Shown: positions 1 through 11,058, counted from the stretch's first letter. The stretch: DNA of 32,000 nucleotides from Mycoplasma mycoides subsp. capri (GCF_018389705.1 NZ_CP065581.1:360001-392000); one strand, 5' to 3'. Program-made: numbers and translations. Notes: generated from the letters alone by a model not told the origin.

Positions 1-1387
1 AGAAAATAAAATCAAAAAAGATGATTTTACTAATTCTTTTATATATAAAAACACTAGTGATAATTGTTATTATGAGAAGTTTGAAGATAGTATAGAAGAA
101 AAAATAGAAGTTCCGTTTGAAATACCAAATAACTGGGTATGAGTAAGACATAATATGATACTAAAACTAATAGGTGGTTCACAACCTCCTAAAAGTACTT
201 TTATAAGTTATCCTAAAGACAATTATATAAGATTGTTTCAAATTAGAGATTATGGTGACTCTCCAATTCCTGTCTATATTCCAATTAATAAAGCATCTAA
301 AATCACTAATAAGGGGGATATATTAATAGCTAGATATGGTGGTTCTCTTGGTAAGGTTTTTATAGCAGAATATGGGGCATACAATGTGGCTATGTCCAAA
401 GTAACAAAATTATATATTAATGATCATATTGATTTTAACTTCTTATATTTTTTCTATAAATCAAAAATATTTCAAGAAATAATAAGAAGAAATAGTAGAA
501 GTGCACAAGATGGATTTAATAGTGAAGAAATCAACGATTTGTTATTACCACTACCACCACTTGAAGAACAACTAAGAATAATTACTCTTCTGGATAAGTT
601 AAATTTATTACTGAATAAATATAGTTTAATAGAAAATGAATTGTCAGAATTGGAAAAAACATTTTCTATAAAATTACAAAAATCAGTTCTTAATTATGCT
701 ATGCAAGGTCAACTTGTAGAACAAAGTATAAATGATAATTCAAAAGATTTAATAGAGCAAATATATAAAGAAAAAGATGGATTATTAAAACAAAAGAAAA
801 TAAAACAAAATGAACTACAAAAATCTATCATTTATAAAAATATTAGTGATAACTCATATTATGAGAACCACAATTTTGTAGAAGTACAATTAGGTTTAAT
901 TTCAAATATTTACACTGGAAACAGCATTTCAAAAACACAAAAAGACAGATTTTTTAGAAATGTTAAAGGAATGAGTTATATAGCAACAAAAGACATAGAT
1001 TTTAATAGGGAAATAGATTATGCCAATGGTGTTTATATTCCAAATGAAAATCTTGATAAATTTAAAATTGCTCCTAAAAATTCCGTTCTTCTATGTATTG
1101 AAGGTGGAAGTGCAGGAAGAAAAATAGGCTTAATAGACAGAGATGTTACTTTTGGTAATAAACTATGTTGTATTAATTCAAACTTTGTATCTAATAAATT
1201 TATTTTTTATTACTTACAAAGCGATTTATTTTTAAATCCATTCTATAAGCAAATGACAGGAATCATACAAGGTATTAATCTATCATTGCTCAAGGAAATA
1301 AAAATCCCAGTATTTTCTTCTTGTTATCAACAAGCCATTATGAATAAACTAGATAGAATCTATTCATTGATTAATATGCTAAATTAG
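1..1387 (+). CDS. hsdS: Type I restriction-modification specificity subunit HsdS (5' end outside window)
   Basis: Reading frame is open from base 2 through a TGA(Trp) codon (...EIPNNWVWVRHNMILKLIGGSQPP...) to TAG at 1385-1387. Two TRD-like blocks (about 130-570 and 880-1387) are separated by helical spacer ...LNYAMQGQLVEQ...KSIIYKNISDNSYYE; LPLPPLEEQ motif present. Confidence 0.9.
60..126 (+). repeat. Short inverted repeat arm B (partner 3709..3775)
   Basis: ataattgttattatgagaagtttgaagatagtatagaagaaaaaatagaagttccgtttgaaatacc occurs as its reverse complement at 3709..3775 (67 bp). Confidence 0.85.
68..571 (+). repeat. Large inverted repeat arm A (partner 2457..2960), spans spacer plus whole TRD
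   Basis: Boundary anchors tattatgagaagtttgaagat... and ...ccaccacttgaagaacaa match in reverse complement with equal length (504 bp). The encoded protein over 155..571 is identical to that over 2873..2457. Confidence 0.88.
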
Positions 1388-1481
1388 ATAAAAAAACAAC
1401 AGTGAATATTGAATATTCACAATACTATTGAGTATAATAAATTAATGCAGTTTTATATATTTATTAATAAATATGGTATTT

Positions 1482-1512
1482 AAAAAGGAGTTTTTTTAAA
1501 ACTCCTTTTTTA
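1482..1512. terminator. Bidirectional rho-independent terminator between convergent hsdS and recombinase genes
   Basis: aaaaaggagtttttttaaaactcctttttt: AAAGGAGT/ACTCCTTT stem with A and T tracts, placed between convergent genes. Confidence 0.75.
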
Positions 1513-2307
1513 TCAATCTATAACATCATCGACTATTTGTTTTTGTTCTGATGAACTTCTTCCTAGATAGATTCTTGTTGTTTCAATACTTTCATGACCC
1601 ATTAAATCAGCTAATAGTGAAATATCATTAAATCTTTCTAAAAAATTTTTTGCAAATAAATGTCTAAACGAGTGTGGATAGACAACATTTTGATCAATTC
1701 CTAGTTTACGTGCTATTTTTTTAAGTTGCTGAGAAATAGCTCTTGTTGAAATTGGCTGAGATAATTTATTTGTAAAAATATACCCACTTTTTTTGCCTTC
1801 TTGTTTTAACCACACATTTATTGCATCTGTTAGTTTTTTAGGCAAATATAATCTTCTTAGTTTGCCACCTTTTGAATATATATCAAAATATTCAAGTTTA
1901 ATATGTTCAACTTTTACTTTTATAAGTTCACTTACTCTTGCACCTGTAGCAGCTAAAAATCATACTACAAAATATCATTTATAATTTTTCATTCTTTTTA
2001 AACTTTTCTTTAGAAAAACATAATCAGCATTACTTATAACATTTTCTAAATAAGTTTTATTTTGAATCTTTATACTATGTATTTTTAGTTCTTTTTTATT
2101 TATAAAATCTAAATATTTATTTATACTATGTATTCTTAAATTAACAGTTTTAGGTTTAAATGTTTCAAGTAAATACCCTTTATATGCTAAAAGATTATGT
2201 GAGTTAATTTTGTAATTATTAATAAAATATTCAACACCATAAACATATGTATTAATTGTATTAGTTGAAAGATTTTGCTTTTTCAAATATAATATAAACT
2301 TTTCCAT
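1513..2307 (-). CDS. Tyrosine (XerC/D-like) site-specific recombinase
   Basis: ORF track pieces 1513..1845 and 1975..2307 join in one frame through TGA(Trp). Integrase motifs: ATGARVSEL, HSFRHLFAKNF (HxxR), LMGHESIETTRIYLG (H...Y). Confidence 0.92.
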
Positions 2308-2456
2308 TTTTATATAACTCCTTATTAAATGCTATAGAGTGTATATAATAATGCTTTTTTATAAAATTTATACTATAAAGATAGTCAAAATCGCCATTAA
2401 TTAGTCATTGAATCAATTAAAACATTAATTTTATTAATTTTGTTAACAATTTGTTC

Positions 2457-2960
2457 TTGTTCTTCAAGTGGTGGTAGTGGTAATAACAAATCGTTGATTT
2501 CTTCACTATTAAATCCATCTTGTGCACTTCTACTATTTCTTCTTATTATTTCTTGAAATATTTTTGATTTATAGAAAAAATATAAGAAGTTAAAATCAAT
2601 ATGATCATTAATATATAATTTTGTTACTTTGGACATAGCCACATTGTATGCCCCATATTCTGCTATAAAAACCTTACCAAGAGAACCACCATATCTAGCT
2701 ATTAATATATCCCCCTTATTAGTGATTTTAGATGCTTTATTAATTGGAATATAGACAGGAATTGGAGAGTCACCATAATCTCTAATTTGAAACAATCTTA
2801 TATAATTGTCTTTAGGATAACTTATAAAAGTACTTTTAGGAGGTTGTGAACCACCTATTAGTTTTAGTATCATATTATGTCTTACTCATACCCAGTTATT
2901 TGGTATTTCAAACGGAACTTCTATTTTTTCTTCTATACTATCTTCAAACTTCTCATAATA
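2457..2960 (-). repeat. Large inverted repeat arm A' (partner 68..571)
   Basis: See arm A. Sequence diverges immediately outside: + copy continues ctaagaat, - copy gaacaaat. Confidence 0.88.
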
Positions 2961-3708
2961 TGAGTTATCACTAGCATTTTTATAGATAATTGAGTTTACT
3001 AATTCAAACTCCTTACTTCTATTTTGTTTAATTATTTCTTGTTTCTCTCTATAAATTTGTTTTAATAAATCATTTATAGAAGAGTCGTTTTCGTCTTGTT
3101 TTACAAGTTTGCCATTCATAGCATAGTTAAGAATAGATTTTTTAAGGTTAGAAGGGAATTCCTCTTCTAATTTTTTTAAATAATTTTTTAAGAATGAGTA
3201 TTCATCTATAAAAACATTTAAACTATTAATTATTTTTACAATTCTTTTTTGCTCTTCTAAAGGAGGCAGAGGAATTAATAGACTACCTATACTCTTAGAA
3301 TTTAACGTTTTTCCTTTGATGGCATTTTTTGTATTTCCAAGATTTGAAATTACTGGTAAAAATATATTTAGAAAATCTCTAATTATAAATTCATTATCAA
3401 AATAAGGTTTTATAGAAACAATTCCCTCGTTATGTGTACAATTTATTTTAGCAATTGATGTTCTTCCTATAGTTAATTTAAAACTCATAAGCAATGTTTC
3501 TTTTTCTACAAGATAATTTTTAAAAATAACCTCTAATGCTTTGTGAGTTATAAACTGTGAAGATTGAAAAAGTTCTTTATTGTTTTTCATGTCAGCTATT
3601 GTTATTCATGGAATTTCACCATTTCAAAATATTTTATTTCCTCTTGGCGGTGTCTTTCCTAAATTAAAATTTAATATACTCTTAAGTCATACCCATACTC
3701 AATTATCA

Positions 3709-3775
3709 GGTATTTCAAACGGAACTTCTATTTTTTCTTCTATACTATCTTCAAACTTCTCATAATAACAATTAT
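3709..3775 (-). repeat. Short inverted repeat arm B' (partner 60..126)
   Basis: Reverse complement of arm B, at the 5' end of the silent hsdS. Confidence 0.85.
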
Positions 3776-3968
3776 ATAAACTAAAATATAAACTTAAATT
3801 CTAAAATTAATCTATAAATAATAATAAAACAAATACTAAAATTTTATATAGTTAAACAAATTTTCCATATATAAAAATTAGATAAAATAAAAATAGAAAA
3901 CTTATATAAAAACTTTTTAAATAATAAATATAAAGTCAATTTTAATTAGTAATTTTAAGGAAAATTTT

Positions 3969-6176
3969 ATGAAATCTCTTATAGGTTATATAAATAAATT
4001 TACTCGTATAGATAAAAACTGAGCTGTTGCAGAATTTTTTGTTTTAGAGAAAAATACAGCTATTAAAATTAGTGGAAATATTAACAGTATGTTAATTGAA
4101 AATTTATATAAAATTCAAATAAAAGAAGAACCAAAAGTAATAAATGATACTAAGATTTATGAATGCAAATCTTTTCAACTACCAATTATTAATAATGAAA
4201 CTTTTTTTAAATATTTAAAAACTAATACATTTAGTAAACTTGTAGATGATGATTTTATTAATATAGTAAAATCACACTATAAATCAGATGATATTTTAAA
4301 AGAAATACTTTCTGATAAAGATAAATTTCTAGATATTAACCAAGTAGGAAAGCATATTTTAAATAGCATTTTTAACAAGCTTAATAATACTAATAATTTC
4401 ATTAGTCTACAATCAGAATTTCTTGGTAATGGTCTTGATTTAGCTGTATTTAGTAAACTAATACAACTATATGGAAACTCATTTGATCAATTAATAAAAG
4501 CACTTCAAAATTTTTTATATGAGATTAATTTTAAATATCAAATAACTAGTCTAGAATCTATAGATAAAATCTTTTTACACTTTAATAATGATGCGAATAA
4601 TGTTGTGCGAATTGCTTATTATTTACATTATTATTGTGATCAAATTCTAAATGAAAAATCTAGTACTTATACAAATTTAGAAAATCTAAAAAAACGTTTT
4701 GATGATGAAGAAAAATTTTTTATTCCATTAGAATCAAATGAACAAGTTATTAATGAAGCAATAAATTATGCTTTAACTCATAAACTACTTGTTATTGCTA
4801 AAGATAAAGTTTATACAACTCAAACATATAATGATGAATATACTATAGCTTTGGCTTTAACTAAAAAAGAAAAAGTTGAAAAAATTAATTATTTCAAATT
4901 TAAAAGATATATAAACCAAATTCAAGACGAAGTTAGAAAAGAAACAAAAATAGAAAACTTTAAATATGATAAAAGCCAAATTAATGCATTAAGAAAATTT
5001 ATTAATAATAAGTTTGTAGTGATTACAGGAGGACCTGGAACAGGTAAAACTACTTTAATAAAAGGTTTAGTAAAATTATTTAAAAAAGTTTATCCAAACG
5101 AAAGTTTTAGAATAGCAACACCAACAGGAAGAGCAGCAGCAAGAATCAAAGAAGGTTTTGAAGAGTCTAATGCTTTAACTATTCATAAATTATTAGGATA
5201 TGATGTGTTAACTGATAAGTTTAAAGTAGATAAGAATAATCCTTTAAATGATGGTTTATTAATTATTGATGAAACTTCAATGGTTGATAATAATTTATTT
5301 AGTCATTTTATTTCAGCTATTGGAAAGGCAAAAAAAGTAGTTTTTGTTGGTGATATAGAACAATTGCCAAGTATTGGAATTGGTAATGTATTTGAAGATA
5401 TTATTAAATCTGAAAAAATAACAACCGTTGAATTAAAAAGCACACACCGTCAAAAAGAACAAAGTAAAATTGTTGAACTAGCTTATATGATTAGAAATAA
5501 CAATTTTAGTCTTGCAAAACTTCAAGAAACTACAGAAAACAGTGATTTAAAAACTATTTTTATTGATGAACAAGACAAATGCTTAGATGAAATTTTAAAT
5601 AATTATCATTTTGAGAATAAGAATGGTTTTGATATCCCATATAAGATTCAAATTATTTCTCCCTTTAATGAAGGAAAATTAGGAATAAAAGAAATAAATA
5701 AAATGGTTCAAGATAAACTTAACCCAAATAAAAAGCAAGGTTTGCAAGCAAATGGTTATAACTTCTATAATAAAGATAAAATAATGTATCTAAAAAACGA
5801 AACCACTTTATCTAATGGTGATATTGGAGTTGTTGATAGTATAAATAAATATGATAATAAAATGAATACGAATTTTAACGAAAAACCAATTCAAATAAAT
5901 AGCGTAGATATTAATAATTTAACTTTATGTTATGCTTGTACAGTTCATAAGACTCAAGGTAGTGAATTTCAAAAAGTAATATTAGTATTAGATCCAAAAA
6001 ATAATGGTTCTTTTGTTAATAAAAAGTTAGTTTATACAGCCATAACTAGAGCTAAAAAAGAACTTGTTATTATCGCAAGTAAACAGTCCTTTAATAGAAG
6101 TGTTAACCAAAAGTCAACCCAAAGAGACACAACTTTAACTGAACGTATAAGACAAATGTATGACAAAAAAAGATAA
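3969..6176 (+). CDS. recD2: RecD2-like ATP-dependent exodeoxyribonuclease / SF1 helicase
   Basis: ATG at 3969 (MKSLIGYINKFTRIDKNWAVAEFFVLEKNTAIKISGNINSM...) with upstream aagga. Motifs: GGPGTGKTTL (Walker A), TPTGRAAARI, LLIIDETSMVD (Walker B), CTVHKTQGSEF, LVYTAITRAKKEL. Confidence 0.92.
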
Positions 6177-6279
6177 TTTCTTTTTAGAATAATAAAGTAT
6201 TTATTGCAGAATAAAATATTTATAAAAAGAAACGTTTTATAAATTCTACTACTTTTTAAAACACAACATAATAAAAGAA

Positions 6280-6305
6280 AAAGAGGCTTTTTAAGCCTCT
6301 TTTTA
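6280..6305. terminator. Bidirectional rho-independent terminator between recD2 and the convergent kinase gene
   Basis: aaaagaggctttttaagcctctttt: AGAGGCTT/AAGCCTCT stem. Confidence 0.8.
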
Positions 6306-6309
6306 ATTA

Positions 6310-7251
6310 TTATTCTATTTCTTTAACTTCTATTTTATCTAAGTAAGTAGATAGTTCATCAATAAATTCTTTTGAAGCTATTTTATAACTAAAAGCAGTT
6401 GCACTTCCACAAATTAAAGAAAATTTCAAAGCTTTTATATAGTTATTTGTTTGTAGATATTTGGTTATAAAACCAGCAATCATACTATCACCAGCCCCAG
6501 CAACATTATCTACTTTATAATTTCACTTTGGTAAACTAGCTTTATAAATTTTTGTACTAGTAACTAAAATAGCTCCGTCACTTCCAAGTGAAACTAGAAC
6601 ATTTTTACAACCTTTTTGTAATAAAATTTTTGATTGATTAATAATATCAGAATTGTTTTTAAGTTCCTTATTAAATGTAGCTTCTAATTCATCTTTATTT
6701 GGCTTTATTAAAAATGGTTGTTGTTCAACTGCTTTTAATAATGGTTCTTTAAACGTATCAACAACACTATAAGCTCTTTTTAAATTAGCTAATTCTACTA
6801 GTTCTGCATAAATATTTGTATCAGTATTAATTGGCAAACTTCCTGTTAATATTAAAACATCATCTTTTTGTAATACATTATTTAAATATTTCTTTAATTT
6901 ATTAAGTTCACTAATATTAATTTCTGGAGCATAACTACTTGATTCAGTTTGTTCATTATCTATTATTTTAAGATTAATTCTAATATCACCATTTGACTTA
7001 AATTTTTTATATTTAATTTGTTCTTTTTTTAAATCGTTATAAAAAAATGTTTCAAAACTACCGTTTGTAAATACTAATAATTCATTATCTATATTTAATC
7101 TATTTAATAGCATAGATATATGTATTGCTTTACCAGCAGCATACATATACTGATTTTTAGGTCTATTAGTTTTGTTTTTTAAAAAATTCTTAAATTTTAA
7201 AATGTAGTCAATTGAAGGGCTTAATGAAACGATATAAATTTTATTATGCAT
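6310..7251 (-). CDS. fruK: PfkB-family kinase, 1-phosphofructokinase / tagatose-6-phosphate kinase type
   Basis: ORF 6523..7251 extends past TGA(Trp) to taa at 6310-6312: ...YKASLPKWNYKVDNVAGAGDSMIAGFITKYL...VKEIE*. PfkB signature GAGDSM; N-terminal IYIVSLSPSIDYIL and GKAIHIS; ILTGSLP motif. Confidence 0.82.
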
Positions 7252-7263
7252 TTTTATTTCTTT

Positions 7264-9150
7264 CTAATTAATCAATTTATAATCAAGAGCTATTTTATTA
7301 ATTGCATTATAATATTTGGTTTTAAAATCTCTTAAATTTTTATTAGTTAGTATCTCTAATTGGTTAATATAATTGTTGATTTTTGTATAGTTAGTTTGTG
7401 AATTTTTAATAATAATATCTTGTTGAGTCTCAATTTGAGTTTGTAATTTAAGTTTATTTTCTTGAAGTTTTTTATTTAAAATATCACTTTTAATTTTATA
7501 AGTTTTAGCTTCTTGCTGTTTTAATTTTTCAATCAGCTTTTCATATTTAACAGTTTGTTTTGAAAGTTTTTTAATATCTTTACACATTAAATCTATATTT
7601 TTATATGCTTTAATAATTTCAGTTTGATTACTATTAGTTTGTTGTTTTTTAATTTTTAATTTTACTAAAAGATTTTGTAATCTAGAAACATAATGTCCAG
7701 TTTGAATTTTTAATTCCTTTGTAATGTTTTTAAATAATATTTCTTCAACTTGTTCTTCATTTCAAAATACATAAGTAATTAGAATACCTAAAACAAATGA
7801 GGCTAAATCAATTATAATTGCTAAAACAAGTTTATCAGTATAAGCTAAAAATCCTACAATTCCACCTAAACCAGCTAGATTATTTAACCCAACATTAAAT
7901 ATAGAAATTAGTCAACCACCAATTCCTCCAGCAATAGTTCCTAAAATAAATGGTTTGAATCTTGGTAAGTTAATTGCATAAATACAAGATTCAGTTGGTC
8001 CTGAAATTATTCCAGGTAAAGCTGCAGCAATAGCTGCTGATTTATCTACACTTTTTTTAGATTTAATACCAACAGCAATAGTTGCACCCATTTGAGCTCA
8101 AGCTGCAGCAAAAGCAGCCGCTAAAAATATTGATGGGTTATTAGTAGTTGTTAGATCAGCAACAGCTGTAAAAAATAGAACGTTATGAACTCCTAAAACA
8201 ACTAGTGGTTGCCAAGTTAATCCAATAATTAAACCACTAATTCCATAAGGTAAAGTTACAAATCAATTAAATGCTTTTAAGACATATGATTCGATTATTG
8301 ACATTATTGGACCAATAACAAAAAATGCTAGTAATCCACCTATTAGTAATGATAAAAGTGGGTTTAAAATAAAATTAGCAACTGAATGAAAATATTTATT
8401 CATTAATTTTTGAAAATAAGAAATAACTACTCCAGTAAAAATAAATACTAAAATTGTTGAATAAAATGGTTTTATAACAATTTCTCAAGAACCAATATTT
8501 AACAAATGTAATCCTTGTTCTGGAATAATTGGTGAAATCATAATTAAACCTAAAGCAATAGCAATTGCAGTATTTCCTTTTAAATATCTAGTTGTTGATC
8601 AAATTACCATTACTCCTATTAATTTAAATCCTGAGTTAGCTATTGTATTTATAACTAAATCAAAAACATTATAGTCATTTTGAAACACTGATTCTGATTT
8701 AATTGAATGTACTAAACCAATTCTAATTAGAATTTGTTGTAAAGCCATAATTAATCCAAATCCAATTAAAAATGGAATTAGTGGACCAAATATTGCTGAA
8801 ATTGATTTAACAAATCTTTTAGCAAGTCCTACTTTTTTATTATTTTCATTTAATGAATTTTTAATTTCAAATCCATTAATTTTATCTACATCAACTTGTA
8901 GTTGTTCTTTTAAAAGATTAGTTATTTGACTAACTTCTGAACCTATAATAATTTGTAATTCTCCACTAGAAATTAAACAACCTTGTGTTTTTTTTAAAGT
9001 TTTTAAATTATCTAATTTAATTAAACTTTGATCATAAAGTGTTAGTCTTAATCTTGTTGCACAATTATAAACATCTTTAATATTTTGTTTCCCACCAACA
9101 TTAATAACAATTTCTTCAATTAATGCTAGTTGTTTTTGTTGTTTTGTCAT
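7264..9150 (-). CDS. PTS EIIBC component (glucose superfamily, beta-glucoside/sucrose/trehalose type) with long C-terminal coiled coil
   Basis: Pieces 8599..9150 and 7264..7587 are in one frame joined via TGA(Trp). EIIB: GGKQNIKDVYNCATRLRLTLYD; EIIC: GVHNVLFF...AAALPGIISGPTESCIYAINLPRFKPFILGTIAGGIGG; lysine/glutamine-rich helical tail. Confidence 0.85.
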
Positions 9151-9158
9151 ATAGATCC

Positions 9159-9896
9159 TTATTCAAGGTTTATAATTAGTCCTTTATATTCATCTGTATG
9201 TTTATCACTTATTAAAATAGTTTCTTTTAAAACATCTACTTTAATAACATTTTTAGAACCAAATTTAGAAGAATCCATTAATATAAAAGATTTATCAGAA
9301 TTTTTAATAGCTTTTTCTTTTATTAATGCTTCTTTAATATTTGTTGTGTAAAAATGTTGTGATGACAAATTATTCATTCCTATAAAAACCTTATCAAAAT
9401 AAAAATTATCTAAATTTTTCAGAGCAAGTTCACCAATTGTTGCATGTGTAGAAGGATTAATTGATCCACCTAATAAAATTACTTCTATGTCTTGTTCAAC
9501 CAACTCTAAAGCTATTGAATATCCATTAGTAACAACAATTATTTTTTTATTAATTAAGTACTTGATCATTTGTTTTGTTGTTGTTCCAGTATCTAAAAAG
9601 ATTAGATCACCATCACTAACAAACTCACTAGCTTTTTTTGCAATAAGATTTTTTACATCTATATTTATATGTTGTTTTTCTTCATCAAATAATTCGTAGC
9701 GTTTTGTTGGTGGATTGGCAGATTTTGCTCCACCATAAACTTTATAAAGTTTATGTTCTTTATCTAGTTCAGAAATATCACTTATAATAGTTTGGATAGT
9801 TGATGATAATAATTTAGCTAGTTGTTTATTAGTAACAAAGTCTTTTTCATTAACTATTTCAAGAATTTTTTGTCTTCTTTGATCTTTTAACATCAC
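9159..9896 (-). CDS. DeoR-family transcriptional regulator
   Basis: MLKDQRRQKILEIVNEKDFVTNKQLAKLL N-terminal HTH; DGDLIFLDTGTTTKQMIKYL sugar-phosphate sensor; located upstream of the PTS/kinase genes on the same strand. Confidence 0.85.
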   Translation of the reverse strand: MMLKDQRRQKILEIVNEKDFVTNKQLAKLLSSTIQTIISDISELDKEHKLYKVYGGAKSANPPTKRYELFDEEKQHINIDVKNLIAKKASEFVSDGDLIFLDTGTTTKQMIKYLINKKIIVVTNGYSIALELVEQDIEVILLGGSINPSTHATIGELALKNLDNFYFDKVFIGMNNLSSQHFYTTNIKEALIKEKAIKNSDKSFILMDSSKFGSKNVIKVDVLKETILISDKHTDEYKGLIINLE

Positions 9897-9930
9897 TCTT
9901 GCTCCTTAACTTTATTTTATAGTTAATTTT

Positions 9931-9960
9931 AAAAAAGTTTAAAAAAGTTTAAAATAATTT
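9931..9960. promoter_or_regulatory. Candidate operator region with decamer direct repeats between the divergent regulator and aldolase genes
   Basis: aaaaaagttt aaaaaagttt aaaataattt: two perfect decamers plus a degenerate third. Confidence 0.35.
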
Positions 9961-10095
9961 AAAGCTTATGTAAAATTTAAGTAGATATAAGTTGAAACTT
10001 TTTATTATATCTTTAATTTAATTAAACAAAATTATTAGTTTATTAAGATAAATTTCATATTTTATTGTTAAATAAACTATTTTAAAGGATGATTT

Positions 10096-10944
10096 ATGAA
10101 AGCTAGTTTAAAAGAGGAATTATTAAAAGCTAGAAATAATGGGTATGCAGTTGGTGCTTTTAATTTTGATAATCTTGAAATGTTAAAAGCAATAGTTGAA
10201 GCGGCTGAAGAATCAAATTCACCAGTAATTATAATGGTTACAGAATCTGCTGCTAAATATATAGGAAAAGAAATAGTTATAGCTAGTGCTAATGCAATTA
10301 TTAATAACACTAAAGTTCCTATAGTTTTACATTGAGATCATGGTTATGATTTAGATTTACTTAAATGAGCTTGTGATAATCATTTTTCATCAGTAATGTT
10401 GGATGCTTCATTGGATGATTTTAATACTAATGTAAGTAAGACCTTAGAAATAGTTAGGTATGCAAAATCAAAAAGTGTGGAAGTCGAATCTGAAATTGGT
10501 CATGTTGGTGGTAAAGAAGATGATACGGACTCAAATATAAATAAATATACTGGTGTTAAAGAAGCAATTAAGTTTGCTAATTTAACTAATGTTGATGCTT
10601 TAGCTATAGCTATAGGAACAAGTCATGGATTTTTTAAAACTGCACCTAATTTAAACTTTAAAAGAATAAAAGAAATTAATAGTGTCATAGATACACCTCT
10701 AGTTTTACATGGATCAAGTGGTCTTAGTGATACTGATTTAAAAAAAGCAATAAAGGCTGGTATCTGCAAGATAAATATTGGAACTGATTTAAAAATAGCA
10801 TATGCTGATAGTTTAAAAGAGTGATTTGAGCTAAACACAAATAGTTATGATGCTAGAAAATTTGGCCGCTTTGCAATTGATAAAATAAAAGAATTAGTTA
10901 AAAATAAACTTGAAATTTTAGGTTCAGTAAATAAGGCTAGTTAA
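10096..10944 (+). CDS. fba: Class II fructose-bisphosphate aldolase family protein
   Basis: Joined across TGA(Trp): MKASLKEELLKARNNGYAVGAFNFDNLE...VPIVLHWDHGYDLDLLKWACDNHFSSVMLDAS...VEVESEIGHVGG...PLVLHGSSGL...INIGTDLKIAYAD; stop 10942-10944. Confidence 0.87.
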
Positions 10945-11058
10945 TCTTTTAATATTTTTAAAAAGTTTGTATCTTATTTTTAAGCATTTTATATGAGGTA
11001 AAATTAAATATTCGAAAAATATAGATAACTACGTACAATTATTTTTTAAAAAGTAGAA

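Larger units (their letters stand above)
2397..3800 (-). pseudogene. hsdS: Silent hsdS cassette: two TRDs and spacer but no start codon
   Basis: One open frame through TGA(Trp) codons: ...NCYYEKFEDSIEEKIEVPFEIPDNWVWVWLKSILNFNLGKTPPRGNKIFWNGEIPWITIADM KNNKELFQ...LPPLEEQ...IPNNWVWVRHNMILKLIGG...SMTN*. Upstream in-frame TAG at 3801-3803 and no ATG/GTG/TTG between it and the internal Met at 3590. Confidence 0.8.

Noticed and set aside
1846-1974. Apparent split of the recombinase into two ORFs (pseudogene?)
   Set aside because: The gap translates continuously as KWYFVVWFLAATGARVSEL... when TGA is Trp; the gene is intact.
1793-3765. Short + strand ORFs 1793..1984 and 3580..3765
   Set aside because: Antisense shadows of the recombinase and the silent hsdS.
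7588-8598. Apparent interruption of the PTS gene
   Set aside because: Frame is continuous with TGA as Trp and encodes an EIIC domain.
9130-10838. Short antisense ORFs 9130..9351, 9487..9699, 10077..10310, 10623..10838
   Set aside because: They overlap well-supported DeoR-family and aldolase genes on the opposite strand and show no recognisable motifs.
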